Shown here: piece by piece, positions 9,132 through 18,548 of the stretch
Numbering within the stretch: the first letter of the stretch is position 1
How the letters are laid out: each line of letters begins with the position of its first letter
Assembly: GCA_947501605.1 (NCBI GenBank)
Contig: CANMWZ010000020.1
Location: forward strand, 15,676 to 79,675
Source: Planctomycetota bacterium
GTDB lineage: Bacteria; Planctomycetota; UBA1135; UBA2386
Direction: 5' to 3'
DNA: 64,000 nt
The notes under the pieces: model-generated
Database searches by the model: none
Seen by the model: the letters and a program-made list of their open reading frames with translations, nothing else
What the model was told of the DNA's origin: nothing
Translations under genes and position numbers: made by a program

Positions 9132-10160
9132 GTGGCTCCACTCCGATTCGGTCTGTCCGGCTGCGGCAATCGCGGTACGGACGTAGTCCGAGCCGTGCGC
9201 TCTCATGCGCACTGCGAAGTCGCGGCCTTGCACGACCCCGATCCCGAGGCCCGCGCCCGACTCGGGGAGAACGCGGTGGTTCGCGCCCGATTCGGCGACT
9301 TTGAGGCCATGCTGCAAAGTGGAATTGACTTCGTGGTGCTCGCCAATCCATGCGGCGACCGCCTTGGCCAAGTCGAGGCGGCAGCGGCGCAGGGTGTGTC
9401 CGTTCTGCTGCACGCACCAATGGCTCCGGACGCGGCAACGGCCAGTGCGATGGTCACGGCTGCCAACGCCGCCGGCGTGAAGATCGGAGTCGCCGTTCCG
9501 TTGCAGGCCGAACCGATGTTGGAGCAACTGCGCCGCATGATCGCCGACGACTGGCTCGGCACGCCTGTGGTCGTGCATGCCATGACGGCCTCCGACCGTG
9601 TGCTGCGCACGCCGCCGGCGCCGGGGCACTGGCAGCGCGATGTGCATCGCTCCGGCTCAGGTGCCCTGCCCAAGCTCGCGGCCGAGTCCGTACATCTCAC
9701 GGTTTGGCTCACGGAACGCGCACCGATGGCAACCGTGGCGCTCGCAGCGACCGGCTTCACCAGCCTGCCCGAGGATGGCGCCGTGGCCGCCCTGCGCCTG
9801 CGCGGGGGCGCCCTGTGCACGTTTGCGAGCAGCCATCTCTGCGCTGGCAGCAGCCTCGCGATCCACGGCACCGATGGCAGCGCCCACCTGATTCCCCAAC
9901 AATCGTGGTTCTTGGGACGCAAGGTCTTCCGCGGCGACAGCTTCGACTACCAACAGGCTGGTGTCCTACAGATGGTGCCTCGCGATTTGCACGACGAGCC
10001 GCTGGCAGGCCACTTCGAACTGCACGGCCGCTTCGCCCGCTGGCTCGACGATCGCGACGACTTCCCCTGCCCCGGGGATCAGGCTGCGCTCGACATGCTT
10101 GCCCTTGACGCCATGCAGCGGTCGATTGCGAGTGGGCGTTCGGAGACGGTGCAACCGTGA
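9132..10160 (+). CDS. Gfo/Idh/MocA family oxidoreductase (divergent)
   Basis: LRFGLSGCGNRG Rossmann start, IDFVVLANP, GSGAL. The canonical EKP motif reads HAP. Confidence 0.75.
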   Translation: MAPLRFGLSGCGNRGTDVVRAVRSHAHCEVAALHDPDPEARARLGENAVVRARFGDFEAMLQSGIDFVVLANPCGDRLGQVEAAAAQGVSVLLHAPMAPDAATASAMVTAANAAGVKIGVAVPLQAEPMLEQLRRMIADDWLGTPVVVHAMTASDRVLRTPPAPGHWQRDVHRSGSGALPKLAAESVHLTVWLTERAPMATVALAATGFTSLPEDGAVAALRLRGGALCTFASSHLCAGSSLAIHGTDGSAHLIPQQSWFLGRKVFRGDSFDYQQAGVLQMVPRDLHDEPLAGHFELHGRFARWLDDRDDFPCPGDQAALDMLALDAMQRSIASGRSETVQP

Positions 10161-10885
10161 AGATCGCGCTCTACGTCACCTGCCTCGTCGACCAGCTCTG
10201 GCCCGAGGTCGGCACGGCGACCGTGCGCTTGCTGCGCCACGCCGGCTGCGAAGTTCAGTTCGATCTGAGTCAGACGTGCTGCGGCCAGCCAGCGTGCAAT
10301 AGCGGCTACCCCGACCACGCCATCGCGCTGGCGCAGAACGTCATCACCAGCTTCGAACGCAGCGGCGCCGAGGCGCTGGTGCTGCCATCTGGCTCGTGCA
10401 CTGCCCAGATCCGCCACTATCCGCAGCTATTCCTCCACGACGAGGCATGGCGCCAACGCGCGCTCGCGCTGTCGATGCGCACCTTCGAGCTCGGCTGGTT
10501 TCTCGTGCACCGGTGCAAGCTCGACTCGGTTCCGGGTTCGTTCCGCGGCACCGTCGGCTGGCACGACTCATGCCACGGCCTGCGCGATCTCGGCAACAAG
10601 CACGAGGGTCCATCCTTGTTGCGCTTGGTGCCAGGCCTCGAACTCCGCGAGTTGGACAACGCCGAGGATTGCTGCGGCTTCGGTGGCACCTTTGCGGTCA
10701 AGCTGCCCGACCTGTCGGTCGCGATTGCGGATCGCAAACTCGAAGGCATCGTGCGCGCCGGCGTCGATGCGGTGATCGGCTCCGACGTCAGTTGCCTGAT
10801 GCACCTTCGCACCCGTCTGCTGCACCAGCGCTCCAAGATCCGCGCACTGCATCTTGCCGAGGTCCTGGCAGGAGGCATGTCATGA
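10157..10885 (+). CDS. lutA: Lactate utilization protein A (CCG-domain Fe-S protein)
   Basis: YVTCLVD, QTCCGQP, SGSC, HDSCHGLR, CCGFGGTF, DVSCLMH. Confidence 0.92.
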   Translation: MKIALYVTCLVDQLWPEVGTATVRLLRHAGCEVQFDLSQTCCGQPACNSGYPDHAIALAQNVITSFERSGAEALVLPSGSCTAQIRHYPQLFLHDEAWRQRALALSMRTFELGWFLVHRCKLDSVPGSFRGTVGWHDSCHGLRDLGNKHEGPSLLRLVPGLELRELDNAEDCCGFGGTFAVKLPDLSVAIADRKLEGIVRAGVDAVIGSDVSCLMHLRTRLLHQRSKIRALHLAEVLAGGMS

Positions 10886-12303
10886 GCGGCGATCACTTGC
10901 CGATGGAGCAGTTCGAGCGCAACGCCAACGCCGCACTCGCCGATCAGACGCAGCGCGCCGCGTTGCACTCAGCGACCCAGTTGTTCTCGCAGCGCCGACG
11001 CAACGCCCTGGCGCGCGCCGAGGGCTTCGAGGACTGGCGCAACCAAGCGCGGGCGATCAAGGACCACACGCTGCTCTACCTCGACCACTACCTGGCGGAG
11101 TTCGAGCGCAACGCCACCGCGCGAGGAACCGTCGTGCACTGGGCCGAGAGTGGCGAGGATGCCGCCCGCATCGTCATCGAGCTCGCCAACAAGCACGGCA
11201 TCGATCGAGCCGTCAAGAGCAAGAGTATGACGACCGAGGAGATCGGTCTGAACAAGGCCCTCGAGCGGGCAGGCATCGGCGCGGTCGAGACCGACCTCGG
11301 CGAATGGATCATCCAACTGGCCGGCGAGGTGCCATTCCACATTGTGGTGCCCGCGATCCACAAGACGCGAGCTCAGGTTGGTGCCATCCTTCATGACGCA
11401 ACCGGAGTCGACGCGAATGCGTCGGCCGCGGACCTTACGGCTTCGGCCCGCATGGCACTGCGCGCCGAGTTCGCCGCGGCGAACCTCGGGATCAGCGGCG
11501 CCAACTTCGCGATCGCGGAGACCGGCTCGTTCCTCATCCTGGAGAACGAGGGCAATGCCCGGTTGTGCACGACGCTCCCACGGGTGCACGTCGCCATCGT
11601 CGGCATCGAGAAGATGCTGCCTGCCGTCGCTGACCTGGCCGTCTTCCTTCGATTGCTGCCCCGCTCGGGCACGGGCCAGGACCTGACGACCTATCAGTCG
11701 CTGCTGACCGGCACGAAGAGCTCCGCCAACCGGGACGGACCGGACGAAGTGCACGTCGTACTGCTGGACAACGGTCGCTCGCACATGCTCGACCAAGCGG
11801 TGACGCGCCAGTCGCTCGCGTGCATCCGTTGTGGCGCGTGCCTCAACGCCTGCCCGGTCTACCAGCAGGTCGGGGGACATGCCTATGGCTCCGTCTACCC
11901 GGGCCCCATCGGAGCGGTGATCACGCCGCAACTGCAGGACCTCGCCAAAGCCAGCAAGCTGCCGTTTGCCAGCACGCTGTGCGGGGCCTGCCGCGACGTC
12001 TGCCCGGTCAAGATCGACATCCCTGAGTTGCTGCTTCACCTGCGGGCCGAGGTCAAGCAAGGTCATCCCACCCGACCGGCTGCGGCCCCCAATCGTCTCG
12101 AGCGCATGGTGTTCTCGGCCTTTGCCTTTTGTATGCGCGACGCCCGTCGTTACGTGCTCGCAACGCGGCTGGCGCGGCTAGCCGATCGATACTTCGGCGC
12201 GCTGCTTCGCCGCCTGCCGCCGCTATCGCGCTGGTGCCGCGGTCGAACGGCGCCGCGGCTCGCTCGGCGCCCCTTCCGCGACCTGTGGCAGGAACTGCGA
12301 TGA
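10882..12303 (+). CDS. lutB: Lactate utilization protein B (LUD + 2x[4Fe-4S])
   Basis: VKSKSMTTEEI, ETDLGEWIIQ, ENEGNAR, CIRCGACLNACP, STLCGACRDVCP. ATGA overlap with lutA. Confidence 0.93.
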   Translation: MSGDHLPMEQFERNANAALADQTQRAALHSATQLFSQRRRNALARAEGFEDWRNQARAIKDHTLLYLDHYLAEFERNATARGTVVHWAESGEDAARIVIELANKHGIDRAVKSKSMTTEEIGLNKALERAGIGAVETDLGEWIIQLAGEVPFHIVVPAIHKTRAQVGAILHDATGVDANASAADLTASARMALRAEFAAANLGISGANFAIAETGSFLILENEGNARLCTTLPRVHVAIVGIEKMLPAVADLAVFLRLLPRSGTGQDLTTYQSLLTGTKSSANRDGPDEVHVVLLDNGRSHMLDQAVTRQSLACIRCGACLNACPVYQQVGGHAYGSVYPGPIGAVITPQLQDLAKASKLPFASTLCGACRDVCPVKIDIPELLLHLRAEVKQGHPTRPAAAPNRLERMVFSAFAFCMRDARRYVLATRLARLADRYFGALLRRLPPLSRWCRGRTAPRLARRPFRDLWQELR

Positions 12304-12929
12304 ACGCGCGCGCTCGGATCCTGCGGCGTGTGCAGACGGCACTCGGCGACCGCCCGCTGCGGCCGCAACGACCATCCGCAGCGCGGCGAGAGCCACCGGC
12401 TGAGTTGCTGCCCGAGTTCGTGGAGCGCCTGCATGCGGTGCAGGGCGAATGGGCAAGGCTGCCGCCCGACTCGGACCCCCTCGACATCATCGCCACGCGC
12501 CTGAAGGTCGCCAACGCCAAGTGCGTCGCACTTGGCGGCGGGCTGCCGATGCAACGACTGGGGCGCGGCCTCGGCCTCCGCGGCTTCTCGCTGATACCGC
12601 CCGACGCCAGCACGGACGAAGTCGCCACCGCCGATGCGGGCGTGACCTTTGCCCAATGGGGCATCGCGGAGACCGGGACTGTGGTCCTCGACGAACGCTC
12701 CATGCGAGCGCGACGCGCATCCCTCCTGCCGCCGCTCCACATCGTGGTGTTGCCGCAGTCCTGTCTGCTGGCGACCTTGGACGACTTGCTGGCGCAGTTC
12801 GGTCCAGGTCACGCAGATCTGCCGTCTGCCCTGACGCTGATCACCGGGCCATCGCGCACGGCCGATATCGAACTCCAGCTCGTCGTCGGGGTCCACGGCC
12901 CGCGCGAGTTGCTGGTCGTGCTGGCCTGA
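12300..12929 (+). CDS. lutC: Lactate utilization protein C (LUD domain)
   Basis: GIAETGTVVL, SLLPPLHI, ITGPSRTADIE, GVHGP. ATGA overlap with lutB. Confidence 0.92.
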   Translation: MNARARILRRVQTALGDRPLRPQRPSAARREPPAELLPEFVERLHAVQGEWARLPPDSDPLDIIATRLKVANAKCVALGGGLPMQRLGRGLGLRGFSLIPPDASTDEVATADAGVTFAQWGIAETGTVVLDERSMRARRASLLPPLHIVVLPQSCLLATLDDLLAQFGPGHADLPSALTLITGPSRTADIELQLVVGVHGPRELLVVLA

Positions 12930-12980
12930 CCGCTCGGTCCGCCCCAAGATCGCCGCCACCCGCTCCCGTACTGCTGCCCT

Positions 12981-13031
12981 GGCGGAGTCTTTGGTTGCGA
13001 GGATCCGCAGTGCCTCGCGAAGATCTCCGCC
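12981..13031. other. Long imperfect intergenic stem-loop between lutC and the next gene
   Basis: Arms GGCGGAG/CTCCGCC, TCTT/AAGA, TGCGAGG/CCTCGCG. No U-tract, so the role is unclear. Confidence 0.4.
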
Positions 13032-13055
13032 GCCTCGACCGTCGATGCTCCCCCT

Positions 13056-15116
13056 ATGACTCGCCCTACCGCGCTGACTGCATTGCTCCTGCTGCTAGCA
13101 GCCGTCGGCGCCATCCTGTTCTGGCCCGAGGCTACGCCGGCCACCCCGCCCCTACCGGCGCCCACCAGCGAGCCCGAGAAACCGGCCGCGTTCCCGGAGA
13201 CGCCGGTGGCAACGCCACCCGGCAACAGTCAAACCGAGCGCCGCACGGTGGACGAGCCTGCACGCACCGTGGCATCCGTGCCGCGCAGCAGCGCCGACTC
13301 CGCGCAAGGCGTCCGTGGTCAGGTCACCGACGACCGCGACCGACCCATCGAAGGCGTTCAGGTCTCCCTCCTCGAGAGCGTCAGCAACGACCCGTTCGGC
13401 CGGTTCCTGAACCAGAACCAATCGGTGCCGACTCTGGCCACCGCCGCGGGCCAGACGGCCGCGGACGGGACCTTTGCGCTCGGTCTGCGCGAGCCCTCTG
13501 CGCGGCGATTCGAACTGTGCATTCTGGCCGAGGGGTTCGCGACCGAGCGGCTGGGCGAACTCGCGGTGCACGACGGGGAGTGGACCGAGCTCGGCAGCAT
13601 CCAGTTGGCTCCTGGCTGCACGATCCACGGTCGCGTGACCGTCGCCGGCACCGACCTGCCCGTGCCGCAGGCGACGGTATGGCTCGAGAGTGGCGATCCG
13701 TTTGTGGACATCGGCCCAGCGCACCTCGAAGGTTGGCAAGACCGGCGCGCCGCCGTTGTTGGTGCCGACGGGCGCTACGAACTGCGGCACGCGCCGCGCC
13801 GCGGCGTGTTCCGCTTGCTGGCGTCGGCACCGGGGTTCGGCCGCCAGATTCGTGACGAACTCGAACTCTCCGGGCGCGGCATTGTGGAGCAGGACTTTGC
13901 CCTGCCGCGCGGCCTCTCGATCGCCGGCCGGCTGGACCCGGGCAGTCGCTCGCTCGGTGCCGTGCGCATCACCGTCTATCCGAAGGCCGCGGAGCCTGCG
14001 TTCGTCGGTTCGGTCGCCAGCGATGGTCGCTTCTTTGTGCACGGACTACGCGAAGGCCCGCACTTGTTGCAGATTGCAGCCGACGGTTTCCAACCCGTCG
14101 CAATGGATGATGTGGCTGCTGGTACCGCGGACCTACTGGTGACTCTCGCTGCCCGCGGGCGAGCCGGCGTCGAAGTGCGCGACGGCAAGGGGGCGGTGCA
14201 GCGGCGGTATCGCCTCGCCATCCGCCAGTGGTTCGAGGGGAACGGTGGCCAGATCGGCATCGTGAGGGACGTTCCCGATCGAGTCGTGCATCTCGAAGCG
14301 AGCACCGATGTCGCGTTCGTGGAGGGTCTCGACGATGGGGAATTCGTCTTCCAGATCGAAGCCGACGGCTTCGCCTCGACCATGTCGCCCGTCGTGCGGC
14401 TCGATGCAACCACGCGCGAGGCGAAGGTAGCGATGACCTTGGCGCGGGGCGGCCAGTTGGCCGGCACTGTGGTTGACGAAGCGGGTCGTCCGGTAGCTGG
14501 CGCAACGGTTCGCACCCAGCCGCAGGGCGCGACCGAGGACAATCCCGTGTTCCGGATGCTGCAGAGCCTTGTGCCAGACCGCATCACCCGAGCGGAGGCG
14601 ACGACGGGTGCGGACGGCACCTATCTGCTGACCCGACTCGCGCATGCGGACTACCAACTCGAAGTCTTGCACCCGGAGTTCTGCAGATCCGTGCGTCGCG
14701 GCCAGTTGGTGGAGGAAGATCGAACCGAGACTGTGGCGCCGATCCGCCTACAGCGCGGGGCAACTGTTCGCGGTCGGGCCCTTGCCGCCGGCAAGCCCAT
14801 GCCGCAGGCACAAATCGTGCTGACGCCCCTACTCACGGATCTCGCGACGGGAGAACCGCTGCCGGACGCCGCCGACAAAAGCACGGACGAAACTTCCATA
14901 GCCCGCGTCGAAGCTGTTACGAACCAGGACGGTAGCTTCGCGCTGCCTCGCCGGGTCCCGCCCGGCATCTACGAACTCCGCGGCGTGACGATGGTCGGTC
15001 AGGATCCCACAGGGGATGCGTTCCAGAAACTTGTGCAGATGAAGAGATCTAGCGTCCGCATCGAAGTCCATCTCGGCCAACTGGTCGTTGAGCAGGACAT
15101 CGAACTAGACCGCTGA
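13056..15116 (+). CDS. N-terminally anchored carboxypeptidase-regulatory-like (Ig-like) repeat protein
   Basis: TM plus Pro-rich linker, then repeated GxVxDxxGxPxxGAxV...TxxDGxF/Y units. Confidence 0.8.
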   Translation: MTRPTALTALLLLLAAVGAILFWPEATPATPPLPAPTSEPEKPAAFPETPVATPPGNSQTERRTVDEPARTVASVPRSSADSAQGVRGQVTDDRDRPIEGVQVSLLESVSNDPFGRFLNQNQSVPTLATAAGQTAADGTFALGLREPSARRFELCILAEGFATERLGELAVHDGEWTELGSIQLAPGCTIHGRVTVAGTDLPVPQATVWLESGDPFVDIGPAHLEGWQDRRAAVVGADGRYELRHAPRRGVFRLLASAPGFGRQIRDELELSGRGIVEQDFALPRGLSIAGRLDPGSRSLGAVRITVYPKAAEPAFVGSVASDGRFFVHGLREGPHLLQIAADGFQPVAMDDVAAGTADLLVTLAARGRAGVEVRDGKGAVQRRYRLAIRQWFEGNGGQIGIVRDVPDRVVHLEASTDVAFVEGLDDGEFVFQIEADGFASTMSPVVRLDATTREAKVAMTLARGGQLAGTVVDEAGRPVAGATVRTQPQGATEDNPVFRMLQSLVPDRITRAEATTGADGTYLLTRLAHADYQLEVLHPEFCRSVRRGQLVEEDRTETVAPIRLQRGATVRGRALAAGKPMPQAQIVLTPLLTDLATGEPLPDAADKSTDETSIARVEAVTNQDGSFALPRRVPPGIYELRGVTMVGQDPTGDAFQKLVQMKRSSVRIEVHLGQLVVEQDIELDR

Positions 15117-15153
15117 TCCCCAACCGCTGATCCCAAGACTGCTGATCCCCGAC
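15110..15153. repeat. Three degenerate ~14-15-bp tandem repeats with core GCTGATCCC spanning a stop codon
   Basis: ccGCTGATCCCcaaccGCTGATCCCaagactGCTGATCCCcgac read directly. Confidence 0.7.
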
Positions 15154-15212
15154 CGATCGTCTGCCACCCTGCGCCCGAACCCACGACGACCGACCACCGC
15201 CCCGAGGTTGCC

Positions 15213-17258
15213 TTGAACGCATCGAAGCTCTTGTTGTCCGTACTGTTGCTGCTCGGTATCGGCGCCGGCCTCTTCTTCTCGCTGCGCAGCGATCCCGGGG
15301 ACGTGCCGCTGGTACCCACGACCGACTCGCCCACACAGCCAAAGCCGGAGCAACCAGCCCCCATCGAGCCGGCGCCTGCGATCTCAGCGCCGCAGGACCC
15401 GATGCCCCAGCCAAACGATGTGCGCGTGACGGTCAAGCCGCCGGCGGATGCCAACACGGACGCACCGCAGGGCATCCGCGGGCGCGTCGTGCTGCCCGGC
15501 GGCGCGCCGGCGCCAGACATCGACGTCTTCCTGCTGCGCAGTTCGACCGCCGACGCCCTGAGCATCTATCTCGCCAATCGCCGCGGCCAGAAGATCGAGC
15601 CACTCGGTCAGGTGCGCACGGCCACCGACGGCCGGTTCTCGATCGGCGTGGTGAAGGCGGGTGAGACCTACGACCTGCGCGTCGTCAGTGGGAACCATCC
15701 CGAGATCCAGCACAAGTCGATCAAGGTCCGGCCCGAAGACTGGTACGACACCGGCGACCTCGAACTGCCGGTGGGCAGCGTGGTCCAAGGCCGCGTGGTC
15801 GACGAGACGGGCAAGTTCCCGATCCCAGGCGCGACCGTGTTCCTCACGCTGCCTGGCCTCAACCATCAGATGCTGCCGACCCCTGGGCGCGAGCGCGGCA
15901 TCATGACGACGGCGGATGGCAGCGGCTTCTTCCGCTACCCCAACGCACCGCGCGACACCATCATCAATCTCGGCGCCGAGGCTGCAGATTACGCCTACAC
16001 CGAGCGACCGAACCTCCAGATCAAGGCGGCCGAGCAAAACGAGTTCACCATCGAACTCGCGCGCGGTCAGCCCATCCTCGGGACCATCGTCGATCCGACG
16101 GGCCGACCGATCGGCGGCGCGTCCATTCTGGCGACGGCGCAGAGTGCCAAGTCGCCGCAGTCCGCCACCGCGCTGTCGAGCACCGACGGCAGCTTCGCCC
16201 TGCCCCTGCTGCGCCCGGGTCCCTACCAACTCACGGTGACGGCGACGAACTTCGAAGACGTCATCGAGAAGCCAGTCTTCGCCGGAGCCGAGGATGTCCG
16301 CATCGTCCTCGAGCAACGCGGTCGCGTCCGCTTGCGCGTGCTGTCGGCCAAGGGCCAGCCGCTGAAGAACTACACGGTCGGACTGAAGCGCTACTTCGCC
16401 AACAACCCAGGCAGCATCGGCAAGGTGCCAGAGTTCCGGGACGTTCGCATCACGCCCGCGGACTACGAGGGCGACTATGCCAACATCCGCAACGTTCCAA
16501 ACGGTGACTTCGTCTTCCAGATCATCGAGAGCGAGCACGCCAAGACCCTGTCGAGCTTCTTCACCATGACCGCGGAGAAGGAGTCTCCCACCATCGACGT
16601 GACGCTCATCCTGGGTGCGGCGATCAGCGGACAAGTCGTCGACGACCAGGGCCGCCCGGTGCCGGGCGCCACGGTCGTGACCGACATGAACGGCGGCGTC
16701 GCAATCGACACGGGCTTCTTTGAGATGTTCCGCAGCTTCCTGCCGGACAAGCACACCACGAGCTCGGAGAAGACCGACAGCAACGGTCGGTTCCGCCTGC
16801 GCCGTCTCGCCTTCGCCGACTACATGCTGCGCGTTTCGCATCCCGACTTCTGCGAGGGCATCGTGCTCGAGATCAAGCTCGAGACGGATAGCGAAGACCG
16901 CAACGTCGGTCAGATCCAGTTGCGCCGCGGCGCGTTGGTCGAGGGCACGTGTCGCCTCGGCGGCCGCGGCAGCGGCCAGATCAAGGTGATGATCGGCCCG
17001 CCCACGGGCTTCAAACCTGAACTCGACCCCCAAGGCAAGCCCGCGCCGATGTTCACGGCAACGGCAACGACGGACGGCGACGGCATCTATCGCTTCCTGA
17101 AGCGCGTCCCACCCGGCACCTACAAGATCCACGCCTTCAAGGAAGCCGGTGGCGACGACGTGTTCGGGCGCTTCAAGCAGATGAGGGAGACCGAGCGGCC
17201 GCTGATCATCACGATCGGCCAGGACCAAGCGGTCCAGAACTTCGACATGTCGCTGTAG
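15213..17258 (+). CDS. Carboxypeptidase-regulatory-like repeat protein, paralog of 13056-15116
   Basis: Same architecture and length. Shared blocks QG(V/I)RGxV, LAxADYxLxVxHPxFC, RVPPGxY. Confidence 0.8.
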   Translation: MNASKLLLSVLLLLGIGAGLFFSLRSDPGDVPLVPTTDSPTQPKPEQPAPIEPAPAISAPQDPMPQPNDVRVTVKPPADANTDAPQGIRGRVVLPGGAPAPDIDVFLLRSSTADALSIYLANRRGQKIEPLGQVRTATDGRFSIGVVKAGETYDLRVVSGNHPEIQHKSIKVRPEDWYDTGDLELPVGSVVQGRVVDETGKFPIPGATVFLTLPGLNHQMLPTPGRERGIMTTADGSGFFRYPNAPRDTIINLGAEAADYAYTERPNLQIKAAEQNEFTIELARGQPILGTIVDPTGRPIGGASILATAQSAKSPQSATALSSTDGSFALPLLRPGPYQLTVTATNFEDVIEKPVFAGAEDVRIVLEQRGRVRLRVLSAKGQPLKNYTVGLKRYFANNPGSIGKVPEFRDVRITPADYEGDYANIRNVPNGDFVFQIIESEHAKTLSSFFTMTAEKESPTIDVTLILGAAISGQVVDDQGRPVPGATVVTDMNGGVAIDTGFFEMFRSFLPDKHTTSSEKTDSNGRFRLRRLAFADYMLRVSHPDFCEGIVLEIKLETDSEDRNVGQIQLRRGALVEGTCRLGGRGSGQIKVMIGPPTGFKPELDPQGKPAPMFTATATTDGDGIYRFLKRVPPGTYKIHAFKEAGGDDVFGRFKQMRETERPLIITIGQDQAVQNFDMSL

Positions 17259-17332
17259 GCCGCCTGCGGGCGCACGCAGGCCCGCAGTTCGTAGGGCAGC
17301 CTAGCCCGGGCGCGGGTAGTCTCCCCGCCCCA

Positions 17333-18466
17333 ATGGACCGCACGCCCGACGATCGACCGACCCCGACGACCTACTGGGACTACATCCGCGTCGAGGATCT
17401 GCTCTCGCTCCAGAAGGGGCGCGACGACAGCGACCACAGCCTGTCCGATGACGAAGTTCGCTTCATCGTCATCCACCAGATCGACGAGCTGTGGTTCAAG
17501 CTTGTGCTGCGCGAACTCGCAACGGCGCGGAACCTGTTTGCGCGCGTGCCCGTGCCCGAATCGGACCTCGGGTTCGCCGTCGCCGCCCTGCGTCGCATCA
17601 CGACGATCTTCGTGCTCGCGGCCCAGCACTTCACCCTGATGGAGACGATGCGGACACAGGACTACCTCCTGTTCCGCGACAAGCTCTACCCCGCCTCGGG
17701 CTTCCAGTCGGCGCAACTGCGCGAGATCGAGATCCTCATGGGTCTCGATGATCGCGACCGAATCCCGCTCGGCAAGGAGCAGAGCTTCAAGACTGCGCTC
17801 AAAGCACCCTCCGGTGGCGACTCCCCGGCGTTGCGCCGCGTCGAGGCCCGCGAAGCCGACACCCCGACGCTGAAACATGCGGTAATGAGTTGGTTGTCAC
17901 GGACACCTATCGACGGCAGCTCGCCGAATGACCCCAACGACCATGCCGTCGTCGATGCATTCGTTGCCCGCTACGTGAGCGGCCACGAACGCATGCTCCT
18001 CGACGCCAGCAACAGCGCCATCGCGATGCAGGCAATGACCAAGGAGGACGAGGCCAGACTTCGGCAGCGTTACCAAGGCCAGTTCGAGGGATCGCGCATG
18101 CACATGGAAGCACTCGACGTCGAACCGAGCACGCGAGCGGCGACCAAGCGCCTGCGCGCTGCGATTCTGTTCGTCGACAGCAATCGCGATCTGCCCCTCC
18201 TCAGTTGGCCAGGTCAAGTCATCGACGCGCTGATCGAGTGTGAGCAGAGCACTCTGGTGTTCCGTCAGCGCCACGCACGCATGGTCGAGCGCGTGATCGG
18301 ACGTCGCATCGGCACTGGCGGCAGCGACGGCGTCGCCTACCTCGACAGCACGGCACTGCGCTACCGCGTGTTCCCCGAGATCTGGGCAGCCCGCACGCTG
18401 CTGCTGCCGCCGGGGCTCTGTCCGAAGGTCCAGAATCGCGCCTTCTACGGCTTCCAGCACGCTTGA
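17333..18466 (+). CDS. kynA: Tryptophan 2,3-dioxygenase family protein (long form)
   Basis: YWDYI..LLSLQ, FIVIHQIDELWFK, FRDKLYPASGFQS, RHARMVERVIG, GTGGSDGVAYL. Confidence 0.9.
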   Translation: MDRTPDDRPTPTTYWDYIRVEDLLSLQKGRDDSDHSLSDDEVRFIVIHQIDELWFKLVLRELATARNLFARVPVPESDLGFAVAALRRITTIFVLAAQHFTLMETMRTQDYLLFRDKLYPASGFQSAQLREIEILMGLDDRDRIPLGKEQSFKTALKAPSGGDSPALRRVEAREADTPTLKHAVMSWLSRTPIDGSSPNDPNDHAVVDAFVARYVSGHERMLLDASNSAIAMQAMTKEDEARLRQRYQGQFEGSRMHMEALDVEPSTRAATKRLRAAILFVDSNRDLPLLSWPGQVIDALIECEQSTLVFRQRHARMVERVIGRRIGTGGSDGVAYLDSTALRYRVFPEIWAARTLLLPPGLCPKVQNRAFYGFQHA

Positions 18467-18548
18467 CCTAGCTTCGACCCCGTTCTCCGTCAGTGCGCTC
18501 GGCCCGCCGGCCGTGCGCTCGGCGACGGCGCCGTCCTTCCTGCTGCTG

